Shown one piece after another: positions 19,428-28,609 of a DNA stretch of 64,000 bases. This DNA is from Dehalococcoidia bacterium (GTDB lineage Bacteria > Chloroflexota > Dehalococcoidia > Lucifugimonadales > VXLM01). A model generated the notes under the pieces. The model did no database searches and was not told where the DNA came from. It was given only the letters and a program-made list of their open reading frames with translations. The stretch spans positions 11,198 to 75,197 of the forward strand of contig VXLM01000122.1 in assembly GCA_009841605.1 (NCBI GenBank). Direction: 5' to 3'. Every line of letters begins with the position of its first letter. The stretch's first letter is position 1. The position numbers were made by a program, and so were the translations under genes.

Positions 19428-20411
19428 TCACTCGAAGGCCGATGCGTCCCAGTCGACCCACTCGCGGATGCCGCTCGCCTCTACCACCCGACGGTATCCC
19501 TCGATATGTTCCTCCGAATATCCCACCTGGGCGGGGAAGTGCGGGCCGGTGTCGAGGCCGAGGACGCGGAGGCGCAGCCGTGCGTCGGGGCCTTCGCCCA
19601 TTCCCGATCCCGAAAGCTCCCCCGGCCTGACGGCGTTGATCTGCGGGTCGATCTGCATGGCGAGTTCGATACGGTCGAACTCGTCCCAACGTTTTTCCTG
19701 AACGAGCTTCCAGCGGTGCAAGGAGAGGCGGGGAGCGACGTTGGCCATGAAGTCGGTAAATCCTCTCGCGCCGAGCTTGTAGCCGATGGACATGATGCTG
19801 CCGTTGCTGATGAAGCTTACACGCTCTCCGAAGAGGCGGATCATGCTCATGTATTGCTGCGCGTTAGGGGAAGACCACTTTATGCCCGCGAAGTTCTCGA
19901 TCTCCGCGAGGCGCTCGATCAGCGACTGCGAGAAGCTGTACCCGGCCGGCATCGCCCAGGGCGTGTTGTACGCCATGATGCCGATATCGGCCCGCTCGGC
20001 GATGTAATCGTAGTGAGCGAATATCTCGTCCTCGGTTGGCTGCAAATAGCGAGGTGGGGCACACTGGATGTAGTCCATCCCAAGATCGGCGGCGTACCGG
20101 GCCTTACGTGCGGCGCGTCGTGCGCTCAACTCGAACACGCCAATACCCGTCGGGGCCCTGCCATCGGCAGTCTCCACCAACGTGTTCGCCATCGCCTGCC
20201 ATTCGTCATCATCGAGGAAGTACCCCTCTCCCAGTCCGCCCGCGATGAAGATGATCGCGTTCCCCTCGCCGATGCCCTGGTCTATGAGCCAGTTGATATG
20301 CGCCTTCGAGCGGTCGAGCTGCAGGTTGTACTCGTCGTCGTTGAACGTCGGCAGGGAAACGGCTATGCCTGCCAGGTTTTGTCTTCGGGTTGCTGAGTTC
20401 ATGTACTCCAT
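19428..20411 (-). CDS. DapA/NAL (dihydrodipicolinate synthase) family lyase
   Basis: PTFNDD, GGLGEG, PPRY, YNTP and GIKWS (Schiff-base Lys). Start at 20411 or 20402. Confidence 0.82.
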   Translation of the reverse strand: MEYMNSATRRQNLAGIAVSLPTFNDDEYNLQLDRSKAHINWLIDQGIGEGNAIIFIAGGLGEGYFLDDDEWQAMANTLVETADGRAPTGIGVFELSARRAARKARYAADLGMDYIQCAPPRYLQPTEDEIFAHYDYIAERADIGIMAYNTPWAMPAGYSFSQSLIERLAEIENFAGIKWSSPNAQQYMSMIRLFGERVSFISNGSIMSIGYKLGARGFTDFMANVAPRLSLHRWKLVQEKRWDEFDRIELAMQIDPQINAVRPGELSGSGMGEGPDARLRLRVLGLDTGPHFPAQVGYSEEHIEGYRRVVEASGIREWVDWDASAFE

Positions 20412-20612
20412 CCATTTTGTCCGTTCGTCGAATGGTCTTCGGCGATGGCCCAATTCTCAAGTTTGAGGTCGGGCACTCGCTCGAAGTGACGTACGTTGTT
20501 TGTGACTATGGTTGCATTGAGGCTCAGCGCGTGGGCGGCAATCATCGTGTCGAGGACGCCAATTGGGTTTCCCTGCGCTTCAAGATGCGCCCGGAGATGT
20601 GCATGTCTCGCC
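20399..20612 (-). pseudogene. vapC: Truncated VapC (PIN-domain) toxin remnant
   Basis: Only the C-terminal HLRAHLEAQGNPIGVLDTMIAAHALSLNATIVTNNVRHFERVPDLKLENW is present. There is no N-terminal LDTN motif and no credible in-frame start. Confidence 0.8.
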
Positions 20613-20849
20613 TCAAGACCAGTCGCGCTCCTCCGCGGGCATGTCTCGTGGTTCCACAGAAAAGTCGTCCGATACGGCCGGCACCTTTTCAAAGAACTCG
20701 CGCCAAATCGAGTCTTTCTTGGGAGATAGGACGACTCTATTGCCGTCCTTCTCGATATAGACCTCCGAACCTTCGAAACGGAATTCCTTAGGTATCCGGA
20801 CAGCCTGGCTCCGTCCGTTCATGAAAAGCTTGGCGACCTTACGCGTCAT
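20613..20849 (-). CDS. vapB: VapB antitoxin (AbrB/MazE/SpoVT fold)
   Basis: AKLFMNGRSQAVRIPKEFRFEGSEVYIEKDG, with RBS GAGGAAG upstream of ATG 20849. Confidence 0.9.
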   Translation of the reverse strand: MTRKVAKLFMNGRSQAVRIPKEFRFEGSEVYIEKDGNRVVLSPKKDSIWREFFEKVPAVSDDFSVEPRDMPAEERDWS

Positions 20850-20877
20850 TTGATTCTTCCTCATGGCTTACCGCAGC

Positions 20878-20887
20878 GGTATATACC
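20878..20887. promoter_or_regulatory. Palindrome upstream of vapB, candidate autoregulatory operator
   Basis: Perfect palindrome GGTATATACC about 30 nt upstream of the vapB start. Confidence 0.45.
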
Positions 20888-20952
20888 ATAACACCTCACG
20901 CCGTCACGAGATCATCAATGCGTGTAGTAATCGAATTTCTTGGGAGGTAGAG

Positions 20953-21609
20953 TTAGTCTAGTGGTATCGGTGAATCACATTCGGTGAGTACACTTCTGAC
21001 AACGCTGGAAAGCTCACGAGACCGATTTGTCAGCTGCTTGATATAGCGCTCAATTTCAGGTCGCGGATTTTCAACCAAGAACGTGAGAAGAATTTTGACT
21101 AGCTCGATTTTTGCAATTCTCTTTTGGATGTGGAAATGCTGATTCAGACTTATGTCCCGGATGGTTTGCCGGGCCGTTTGGAGCCGCTTCTCACTCAAGC
21201 CCGATCTTGGGATCAGGTCCCCCGTATGAAGATCGAACTGAAAGTAATTCTCCGGGCGTTCTTGTCTTGAAGCTGCACAAGGGTTGACATAACCACCCTT
21301 GGGCCACTTGTCCCTTTTGAATATCGAATTGCACGCATTGCAGGCGAACACCCAGTTAGACCATTCATACACAAGTTCGGGAAACTTGCTCTTTGGCTTG
21401 AAGTGGTCAACCTCGCCACGCTCAAATTCTTCGCAGTAGCCACAGATACCATGAAAACGTGCCCCAAGCTCATCGCGGAAGTCCTGCCAGCGGGCATCGG
21501 CCGGTCTCTTGCCTGCGCGGTCACGATAGAAGGCAATCCACTTTGGAGTGAGTGCCATTCGAACTTGATGGAGGCTAGGTGGCTCCTCGCCGCGATCAAC
21601 CCAGTGCAT
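20953..21609 (-). CDS. HNH endonuclease, Septu/retron PtuB-like
   Basis: CGYCE, EVDHFKPKSKFPELVYEWSNWVFACNACN. Its start overlaps the ATPase stop (TAATG). Confidence 0.85.
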   Translation of the reverse strand: MHWVDRGEEPPSLHQVRMALTPKWIAFYRDRAGKRPADARWQDFRDELGARFHGICGYCEEFERGEVDHFKPKSKFPELVYEWSNWVFACNACNSIFKRDKWPKGGYVNPCAASRQERPENYFQFDLHTGDLIPRSGLSEKRLQTARQTIRDISLNQHFHIQKRIAKIELVKILLTFLVENPRPEIERYIKQLTNRSRELSSVVRSVLTECDSPIPLD

Positions 21610-22850
21610 TATTGGGATGGGGAATTCGGGCTGGAGCTACGCGTGGATTCGTTGAGAATGGACCGGAGTTCATCCAACTCTGTCGCGAGCGGACCACCAA
21701 TGAGGTCACGCCGGACGGTTTCCCGCAGGCGATTCAGTTCACTAGCCTGTTCGTCCGTCAGGCCATCGATCTGCCGCAATTCCTGCAGGCGTTCGATATT
21801 TTGCACGGTCTCAAGGTCGGTAGGGCTTGGCACGTCAAGAAAGCTGCGTAGAATCTCGTCCGCCGACCAGCCGACGATATCTTGCTCGTTCCGAGAGACC
21901 GTGACCTTCCCATGCTCATCCCGTTCCAGCAGTTGTACTTGACCTGCTTTCAGCCCCGCGAGCATGAGTGGAGAGTGAGTAGAGCAGAAGATCTGAATAT
22001 TGGGGAAATGTTTGGTGAGGGCCGGAATGATACCCCGCTGCCAAGAAGGGTGGAGATGGGCGTCGATCTCGTCAATGATCAGGATGCCGCTTTCGTTCTC
22101 GATATCTTTGGGATAGTCGTAATACTCCGCCATCCCAATCAGAAGATGGGCAAGCCACTGCACGAGGGATTGTGTACCCTGGCTAAGAACATTGAGAGGT
22201 ACGAGACCATCCGGTGTAACGAACTGCGGGAACAGGCCGCGCTTATCTTCGTCTACACGCACGAATCGGATCGAGTAGCCCTCAGTTATTTCAGACGCGA
22301 TGGCCACTGTCTTATCGATGATATTTCTGATCGTAGGGCTGCTTCTCCGGTACGCCCGGTAGTCAAGTTCAATAATCTTTTGAACTACGGCTTCGTCGCT
22401 AATCGACGAGGCGTAGGTGTGTATTAATCTTTCTCTTTTGCGTAACTCCTCGCTTTCTTCTGTCGAGTTGTCGGTGGCGTCACGCTTATTAGGAACTGTG
22501 GGCACTCTTGCACGAAAATCGGTACTGAGGCGAATAGCAGGTACGAATGAGCTGTATCCAACCCGCGTCATAAGGCTCACAATGTCATCGAACTTATCTA
22601 TATCGATAGGAAAACGATTCTCAAACACCTTCCTCTCTTCGCCAAGCTCGACTCTGAACCTAGCAGCCTTAGCCCTCAGTAGCTTTTCTGGCAAACTGAA
22701 TGGATATACGGCGATCTCTCCAAGCGCCAACAGCACAGTAGACTTGCCTGAGTTGTTAGGCCCTGCGAACACATTGACGTGCTCGTCAAAATCAAACTCA
22801 ATCTCGTCGAAGGGCCCGAGATTGGTAAAGAAGAGCTTGCTCAAGTGCAT
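21609..22850 (-). CDS. ABC-like AAA ATPase, Septu/retron PtuA-like
   Basis: Walker A GPNNSGKST, signature LSQGTQS, Walker B LIIDEIDAHLHPSWQ, and STHSP. Confidence 0.85.
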   Translation of the reverse strand: MHLSKLFFTNLGPFDEIEFDFDEHVNVFAGPNNSGKSTVLLALGEIAVYPFSLPEKLLRAKAARFRVELGEERKVFENRFPIDIDKFDDIVSLMTRVGYSSFVPAIRLSTDFRARVPTVPNKRDATDNSTEESEELRKRERLIHTYASSISDEAVVQKIIELDYRAYRRSSPTIRNIIDKTVAIASEITEGYSIRFVRVDEDKRGLFPQFVTPDGLVPLNVLSQGTQSLVQWLAHLLIGMAEYYDYPKDIENESGILIIDEIDAHLHPSWQRGIIPALTKHFPNIQIFCSTHSPLMLAGLKAGQVQLLERDEHGKVTVSRNEQDIVGWSADEILRSFLDVPSPTDLETVQNIERLQELRQIDGLTDEQASELNRLRETVRRDLIGGPLATELDELRSILNESTRSSSPNSPSQ

Positions 22851-22916
22851 TTTGCGCCTCGGACTTACAATAGGGCGTATGGCTAACGCAGTATCCCTTG
22901 ATTATACATCAGTCCG

Positions 22917-23675
22917 TCACGATATCATCAAGTCGCCGCCGTTGATGTCGAGGGATGCGCCAGTGATGTAAGCGGCACGGTCGGAGGCGAGGAAGGCGAC
23001 GAGCTCGGCGACTTCCCACGGCTCGGATATGCGGGAGATCGGGAAGCTTCGGAGGTAGGCATCCAGCTGCTCCGGGGTGACGTTCTCCTGCACCATCTCC
23101 GTGTTTACCAGGCCCGGACAGACGGCATTGACTGTTATGCCGTACGGAGCAAACTCTTTTGCCGCAGCGCGTGTGAGGCCGAGGATTCCCGCCTTCGCGG
23201 CCGTGTAGTGGGGGCCGCCTAGCGTACTGACCGCCTTGCCGGCCGTGGACGAGAAGTTGACGATCCTGCCCCAACTATTCTGTTTCATGTAGGGGAGCAC
23301 GGCCCTACTGAAGAGGTATGTTCCTTTCATGTTGACGTCGATGACGAGGTCCCACTCGTCCTCTTCCATGTCGGCAAGGGTTGTTGAAAACAGGATGCCC
23401 GCGTTGTTGACTAAGATGTCGATCGACCCGTACGTATCCGCGGTGGACGCCACCACCCTGTCCACGTCCGCCTTGACCGTCACGTCGCCGGGTGCGGCCA
23501 ATGCGGCATCGCCCAAAGAATCGGCGACTCTTGTGGCAGCGTCGGCGTTCTTGTCATTCACGACGACATTTGCTCCAGCTTCTACGAAATGCTGCGCCAC
23601 CGCGCGACCCATGCCCTGTCCGCCTCCCGTTACAATTGCGACTTTGCCGGTGAAATCGTCATTTACTGGCATCAA
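22917..23675 (-). CDS. SDR family (FabG-like) oxidoreductase
   Basis: TGGGQGMG, NNAG, YTAAK and ITGASLDINGG. Confidence 0.9.
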   Translation of the reverse strand: MMPVNDDFTGKVAIVTGGGQGMGRAVAQHFVEAGANVVVNDKNADAATRVADSLGDAALAAPGDVTVKADVDRVVASTADTYGSIDILVNNAGILFSTTLADMEEDEWDLVIDVNMKGTYLFSRAVLPYMKQNSWGRIVNFSSTAGKAVSTLGGPHYTAAKAGILGLTRAAAKEFAPYGITVNAVCPGLVNTEMVQENVTPEQLDAYLRSFPISRISEPWEVAELVAFLASDRAAYITGASLDINGGDLMIS

Positions 23676-23869
23676 ACTTTGCTCCCAGACCTACTGTTCA
23701 TCTGTTATTTCCCGGTGTTTTCAGAGGACAACCCGAGCATATAAACGCATATCAACGGTGTCAACACAAAAGCCGTCTGCAGCTGGCGGTCCCGTGATTT
23801 GCTAGTCACGGTGTTGATGCTCTGCTACACTTCGACGCGCTCCCAGTTCCATGTTGCTAAGGGGGAAGT

Positions 23870-24157
23870 GTGGCGCTCACTTCCGATGAGGTTCGGCATA
23901 TCGCCCTGCTTGCTCGCGTGGGCATGACCGACGATGAGATCGAGGTCATGCGCGAGCAGTTGTCGGGCATCTTGGAGCATTTCCAGGTTCTCCAACAGGT
24001 GGACACCGATGGAGTGGAGCCGACGGCCCACTCTGTCGAAACCCAAACCGTCTTGCGCGATGATGAACCGCTGGACTGCGTCCTACTGGATAATGCGCTG
24101 GCAAACGCGCCTCACCGTGATGGCGACTTTGTTCGTGTCCGAGCGGTCCTCGATTAA
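23870..24157 (+). CDS. gatC: Asp/Glu-tRNA amidotransferase subunit C
   Basis: EVRHIALLAR...VDTDGVEPT...LRDD...NAP, directly upstream of gatA. Confidence 0.93.
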   Translation: MALTSDEVRHIALLARVGMTDDEIEVMREQLSGILEHFQVLQQVDTDGVEPTAHSVETQTVLRDDEPLDCVLLDNALANAPHRDGDFVRVRAVLD

Positions 24158-24160
24158 TCC

Positions 24161-25624
24161 ATGCCCCACGTTGATCTCAAAGGCTTGACGGCACGCGGCG
24201 CGCGCGAGCTGCTCGACAACGGCGATGTCTCGTCGGTCGAGTTGACTCAAGCATACCTCGAGCGCATCGAGGAGATTGAGCCGTCGGTCAAGTCCTTCGT
24301 CACCCTGACTCCGGAGCTTGCGCTGGAACAGGCTCGGTTGGCCGATGAGCGCATAGCATCGGGTACCGCATCTCCGCTTACGGGAATCCCGATGCAGCTC
24401 AAGGACAACATGGCCACCAAAGGAGTGGCTACGACCTGCTCATCGAGGATGCTCGAAGGCTTTGTCCCGCCTTACGACGCAGCCGTTACCACCAAGTTGT
24501 ACTCGCAGGATGCCGTTCTCGTGGGGAAGGGGAACCTCGACGAGTTTGCGATGGGGTCGTCGACTGAGAATTCCGCGTTCTTTCCAACACGAAACCCATG
24601 GAATCTCGACCGCGTGCCAGGGGGAAGCAGCGGGGGGCCGGCGGCGGCGGTCGCGGCGGGCCAGTGCGCGTATTCTCTCGGCTCAGACACGGGAGGAAGC
24701 ATCCGGCAGCCTGCGGCCCTGTGTGGCGTAGTCGGTCTGAAGCCGACCTACGGCCTTGTTAGCAGGTACGGACTTGTGGCGTTTGCCAGTTCGCTAGACC
24801 AGATCGGCCCGATCACCAAGGACGTGGGCGACGCCGCGATCGTACTGAACGCCATCGCCGGGCACGATCCACGTGACTCGACATCCATCGACCGCGACTT
24901 GCCCGACTACACGAGTGCTCTCACCGGCGACATAAGAGGCCTCCGAGTCGGCGTGCCGAAAGAGTATTTCGTTGAGGGCATGGAACCGGGCGTGGAAGAT
25001 GCCATTCGCAAGGCCATCGGCACACTCGCCGATCTTGGCGCGGTCGTATCCGAAACGTCCTTGCCCAGCACACCCTACGCAATGGCGGTGTACTACATCG
25101 TTGCTCCTTCTGAGGCTTCCGCGAACCTCGCGCGATACGACGGCGTGAAGTACGGCTATTCGACGGACACACCGGGGGGCATGTGGGACTCTCTCGAAGA
25201 CACGAGACGGGAGGGGTTTGGCCCGGAGGTCAAGCGGCGCATAATGATCGGGACGTACGCCCTGTCGGCAGGATACTATGACGCGTGGTACAAGAAGGCG
25301 CTGCAAGTTCGGACGCTCATACGGCATGAGTTCGATCAGGTCTTCCAAGAGTTCGACGTTCTCGTTTCACCTACCTCGCCGTCGGTCGCCTTTCCATTGG
25401 GTGATAAGACCGCCGACCCATATATGATGTACCTCAACGACGTGTTCACTCAGCCGGCGAACATCGCAGGCATTCCCGCAATCTCTATTCCGGCGGGGAT
25501 GAGCGACGGTCTGCCCATAGGGCTTCAGTTCATGGCGTCCCATTTGCAGGAAGCGAATCTCCTTCGCACCGCTCACGCCTATGAGCAGGCTACCGACTGG
25601 CACACGCTTCAGCCCGATCTCTGA
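24161..25624 (+). CDS. gatA: Asp/Glu-tRNA amidotransferase subunit A
   Basis: KDN, DEFAMGSSTE, PGGSSGG, GSDTGGSIRQPA and SANLARYDG. Confidence 0.97.
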   Translation: MPHVDLKGLTARGARELLDNGDVSSVELTQAYLERIEEIEPSVKSFVTLTPELALEQARLADERIASGTASPLTGIPMQLKDNMATKGVATTCSSRMLEGFVPPYDAAVTTKLYSQDAVLVGKGNLDEFAMGSSTENSAFFPTRNPWNLDRVPGGSSGGPAAAVAAGQCAYSLGSDTGGSIRQPAALCGVVGLKPTYGLVSRYGLVAFASSLDQIGPITKDVGDAAIVLNAIAGHDPRDSTSIDRDLPDYTSALTGDIRGLRVGVPKEYFVEGMEPGVEDAIRKAIGTLADLGAVVSETSLPSTPYAMAVYYIVAPSEASANLARYDGVKYGYSTDTPGGMWDSLEDTRREGFGPEVKRRIMIGTYALSAGYYDAWYKKALQVRTLIRHEFDQVFQEFDVLVSPTSPSVAFPLGDKTADPYMMYLNDVFTQPANIAGIPAISIPAGMSDGLPIGLQFMASHLQEANLLRTAHAYEQATDWHTLQPDL

Positions 25625-25856
25625 TCGACATACGTATTCAGTGTTCATGCGGGAGCCGGAAGTTTTCTGAGACCAGGCGTTATATTTGGGGTGTTTCAAA
25701 GGTTGGGAATGCACCTCCCCTGTGCGTCTCGATACGCCTCAAATGAGTAGCGGAAGCCGGACTATATTGACAAGACGTTGCTAGGTCTGTAACGTGCAGG
25801 CATAGAGTCCATTCGTCGTGAACCATACCCGCGTCGCACCGGACAAGGAGGCAGAC

Positions 25857-26354
25857 ATGGCAACGGACACCGCAGAACGAGGGCCCTACCACATTCTGCT
25901 TGTGGAAGATAATCCCGGTGATGTTGAGCTCACCAGGGAGATTATCGAGGAATCGGAACACGATGCCAGCGTAGTCGTCGTGGGCGATGGAGAGCCGGCG
26001 ATGATGTACCTACGCCAGGAGGGTGAGTACGCCCGAGCCGATCGTCCCGATCTCATCCTGCTCGATCTGAATCTCCCGATGAAGGACGGCCTGGAAGTCC
26101 TGAAGGAGATGGCTGCCGATGAGAGCCTGAGCACGATTCCCGTGATGATCCTTACGGGAACGGAGGCGGAAGAAAGTCTCCTCGAATCGTACAACATCCC
26201 TGTCAGTCGCTTCAGCAGGAAACCCATCGAGCTCAGCCGGTTCAACGACGTGGTCAGTTGGCTGGACAATCCCGCCGCTCACCGCCCGATTGTCGCGCCT
26301 CCGCCTCCTCCACCGGCCCCTGAATCCAAGAAAAGGTGGTGGTGGCCGTTCTAA
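25857..26354 (+). CDS. Single-domain response regulator (Rcp1-like) with Pro/Trp-rich tail
   Basis: [22 protein letters not shown] and KP. RBS AAGGAGG precedes ATG 25857. Confidence 0.88.
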   Translation: MATDTAERGPYHILLVEDNPGDVELTREIIEESEHDASVVVVGDGEPAMMYLRQEGEYARADRPDLILLDLNLPMKDGLEVLKEMAADESLSTIPVMILTGTEAEESLLESYNIPVSRFSRKPIELSRFNDVVSWLDNPAAHRPIVAPPPPPPAPESKKRWWWPF

Positions 26355-26396
26355 CGGCGCGCCATTAACGAGGACGGAGCTAGCGGGGAGGGTAAT

Positions 26397-28091
26397 GTGG
26401 TCGTGCACGGCGAGATGAGCCGGGAGCAGCTTGTTGCCGAAGTCGACGACCTGCGGCGACGTCTTTCCGACCTACGCGGAGAGCAAGACTTCCGAAGTGG
26501 GTCCGGAGAAGTTCCGGAAGCACCGTCCTTCGCATATCACAACCCTTCGCCGGTCGTACGCTTTGACTCGACCGGCACCGTGCTCACCATCAACCCCGCC
26601 GCGGTGGAGCTCATCGGCCCTGAGGCGATGGAGGGAACTTCTCTCGTCAGTCTGCTGCCGTCAATGTCGAGCGTGAATCTCAGCCAAACGATTGCCACAG
26701 ACTCTCATATCGATTTTGAGACCGAGATCGGGGATCGGTGGTTCCACTTCGTCGTCGTCGGGATAAGCGATTACGGGGTAGGGCACCTCTACGGCTACGA
26801 CATTACCGTGAGGCATCGCGCCCAAAACGCGCTGCGGGGCAGCGTCGCCGAGCAACGCCGGCGTACGCGAGAGCAGGAGACCCTGTCCAACATCGCTCGG
26901 GTAATCGGCTCCTCCCTCGCGATTGAGGAAGTGTACGAGCGATTCGCCCGCGAGGTCGCCCAACTCATACCGTTCGACCGGATCGTCATCAATCTCACCG
27001 CCGACCGGCCCGGCTATATGGTGGATACCTATCAATCGAGCGCGGTCGAGGTGCCCGGCCGTGCGCCTGACCAGTCGTACTCGGTCGAGGGCACTCTATC
27101 GCAAGCAGTCATCGACTCCCAGCGGTGCATCGTGTTCCAGCCGGGAAACGAGTCGGAGGCTGCGTCGGAATATGACGGGCTGATCGGCGCTTACGGGATG
27201 GGCCTCCGATCGTTCCTCTCGGCACCGCTCTTGTATCGCGGCGAGCCGATTGGTTGTCTCAATCTTCACTCCCTGACGGGATCCGCCTACTCCGAGCGAC
27301 ATCGGCTGCTCGCCGAACGTATCGCCGTCTACATTGCGGGCGCCATCGCCAATGCCCAACTTCACTCCCAGGTCACCAGGCAGTCGGAAGAACTGTCGCG
27401 CTCAAATCGGGAGTTGGAACAGTTCGCTTACGTCGCATCGCACGACCTCCAGGAACCTCTTCGCATGGTGTCGAGCTATGTGGCGCTGTTAGGACGTAGG
27501 TATGGGGGCCAGCTCGATGAGCGCGCGGACAAGTACATCCACTTCGCGGTGGACGGCGCCAATCGAATGCAGGGACTGATACATGACCTTCTGGCCTATT
27601 CGAGAGTCGGAACACGGGGTGCTGAACTGGTCGCAACGGATACAGTACCCGTCCTCGAGGAGACCCTGTCCAACCTGGAAGTCGCCATCGTTGAGAGTCA
27701 GGCAAAAGTAGTATACTCCGATCTTCCGTGGGTGATGGGAGACCCGTCGCAACTGCGGCAACTATTTCAGAACATTATTGGCAACGCGCTGAAATTCCGG
27801 TCGGAGAGCCGCCCGCGCGTGGAGCTTGGCGCCACACGAGAGGGCGAATACTGGACGTTTTCGATCCGGGACAACGGCGTAGGATTCGATCAGAGGTACG
27901 CAGAGCGGATATTCGGAGTCTTCAAGAGGTTGCACCGAAACGCCGAAATCCCCGGCACGGGAATCGGCCTCGCGATCTGCCAGCGAATCATCGACCGGCA
28001 TGGAGGTCGCATCTGGGCTGAATCCAAGCTGGGGGAGGGAACGTGCTTTTACTTCACCCTGCCCGCAGTTGGCGAATATGGAGAGTCATAG
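26397..28091 (+). CDS. PAS-GAF sensor histidine kinase
   Basis: NPSPV PAS-like segment, GAF domain, H-box FAYVASHDLQEPLR, N-box NIIGNALKF, DNGVG and GTGIGLAIC. Confidence 0.92.
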   Translation: MVVHGEMSREQLVAEVDDLRRRLSDLRGEQDFRSGSGEVPEAPSFAYHNPSPVVRFDSTGTVLTINPAAVELIGPEAMEGTSLVSLLPSMSSVNLSQTIATDSHIDFETEIGDRWFHFVVVGISDYGVGHLYGYDITVRHRAQNALRGSVAEQRRRTREQETLSNIARVIGSSLAIEEVYERFAREVAQLIPFDRIVINLTADRPGYMVDTYQSSAVEVPGRAPDQSYSVEGTLSQAVIDSQRCIVFQPGNESEAASEYDGLIGAYGMGLRSFLSAPLLYRGEPIGCLNLHSLTGSAYSERHRLLAERIAVYIAGAIANAQLHSQVTRQSEELSRSNRELEQFAYVASHDLQEPLRMVSSYVALLGRRYGGQLDERADKYIHFAVDGANRMQGLIHDLLAYSRVGTRGAELVATDTVPVLEETLSNLEVAIVESQAKVVYSDLPWVMGDPSQLRQLFQNIIGNALKFRSESRPRVELGATREGEYWTFSIRDNGVGFDQRYAERIFGVFKRLHRNAEIPGTGIGLAICQRIIDRHGGRIWAESKLGEGTCFYFTLPAVGEYGES

Positions 28092-28094
28092 GTC

Positions 28095-28562
28095 ATGACA
28101 ACGACTGAGGTCGGACCCCCTATAGAAATCCTGATGGTCGAGGATAACCCCGGCGACGTAGAACTCGCGCGAGAGGCGCTTACCGACGCCAGCGTGAGGA
28201 AGAACCTAACCGTTGCCGAGGACGGAGAACAGGGACTTTCCCTTCTCCGTCGGGAAGGGCAGTACGGCAACGCTCAGCGGCCAGACCTCATCCTGCTTGA
28301 CCTCAACCTTCCGACCATCAATGGCCGCGAGGTGCTTGCCGAGATCAAGTCCGACCCCGAACTGCGGCGAATTCCGGTTGTCATCCTGACCAGTTCAGAA
28401 GACGACAACGACGTGCTGGAGACCTATAACCTGCACGCAAACGCCTACGTCGTAAAGCCCGTCGACCTCGACAAGTACATGCAGGTCATCAAGGCAGTCG
28501 AAGGGTTCTGGCTCGGTTTCGTCAAGCTGCCTTCAAGAGGTCGCTTGGGCGAACTCGCATAG
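28095..28562 (+). CDS. Single-domain response regulator (Rcp1-like)
   Basis: [23 protein letters not shown] and YVVKP. Confidence 0.92.
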   Translation: MTTTEVGPPIEILMVEDNPGDVELAREALTDASVRKNLTVAEDGEQGLSLLRREGQYGNAQRPDLILLDLNLPTINGREVLAEIKSDPELRRIPVVILTSSEDDNDVLETYNLHANAYVVKPVDLDKYMQVIKAVEGFWLGFVKLPSRGRLGELA

Positions 28563-28609
28563 AGGATGTGCCGGGGAGCGGCATCCGCCTCGTGGAGTAC
28601 GGTCTCCGG

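Noticed and set aside
20953-22916. Retron
   Set aside because: There is no reverse transcriptase ORF and no room for msr-msd next to ptuA/ptuB.
26397-28091. Bacteriophytochrome photoreceptor
   Set aside because: Only the kinase core is similar. I saw no PAS-GAF-PHY module, DIP motif or bilin-binding Cys context.
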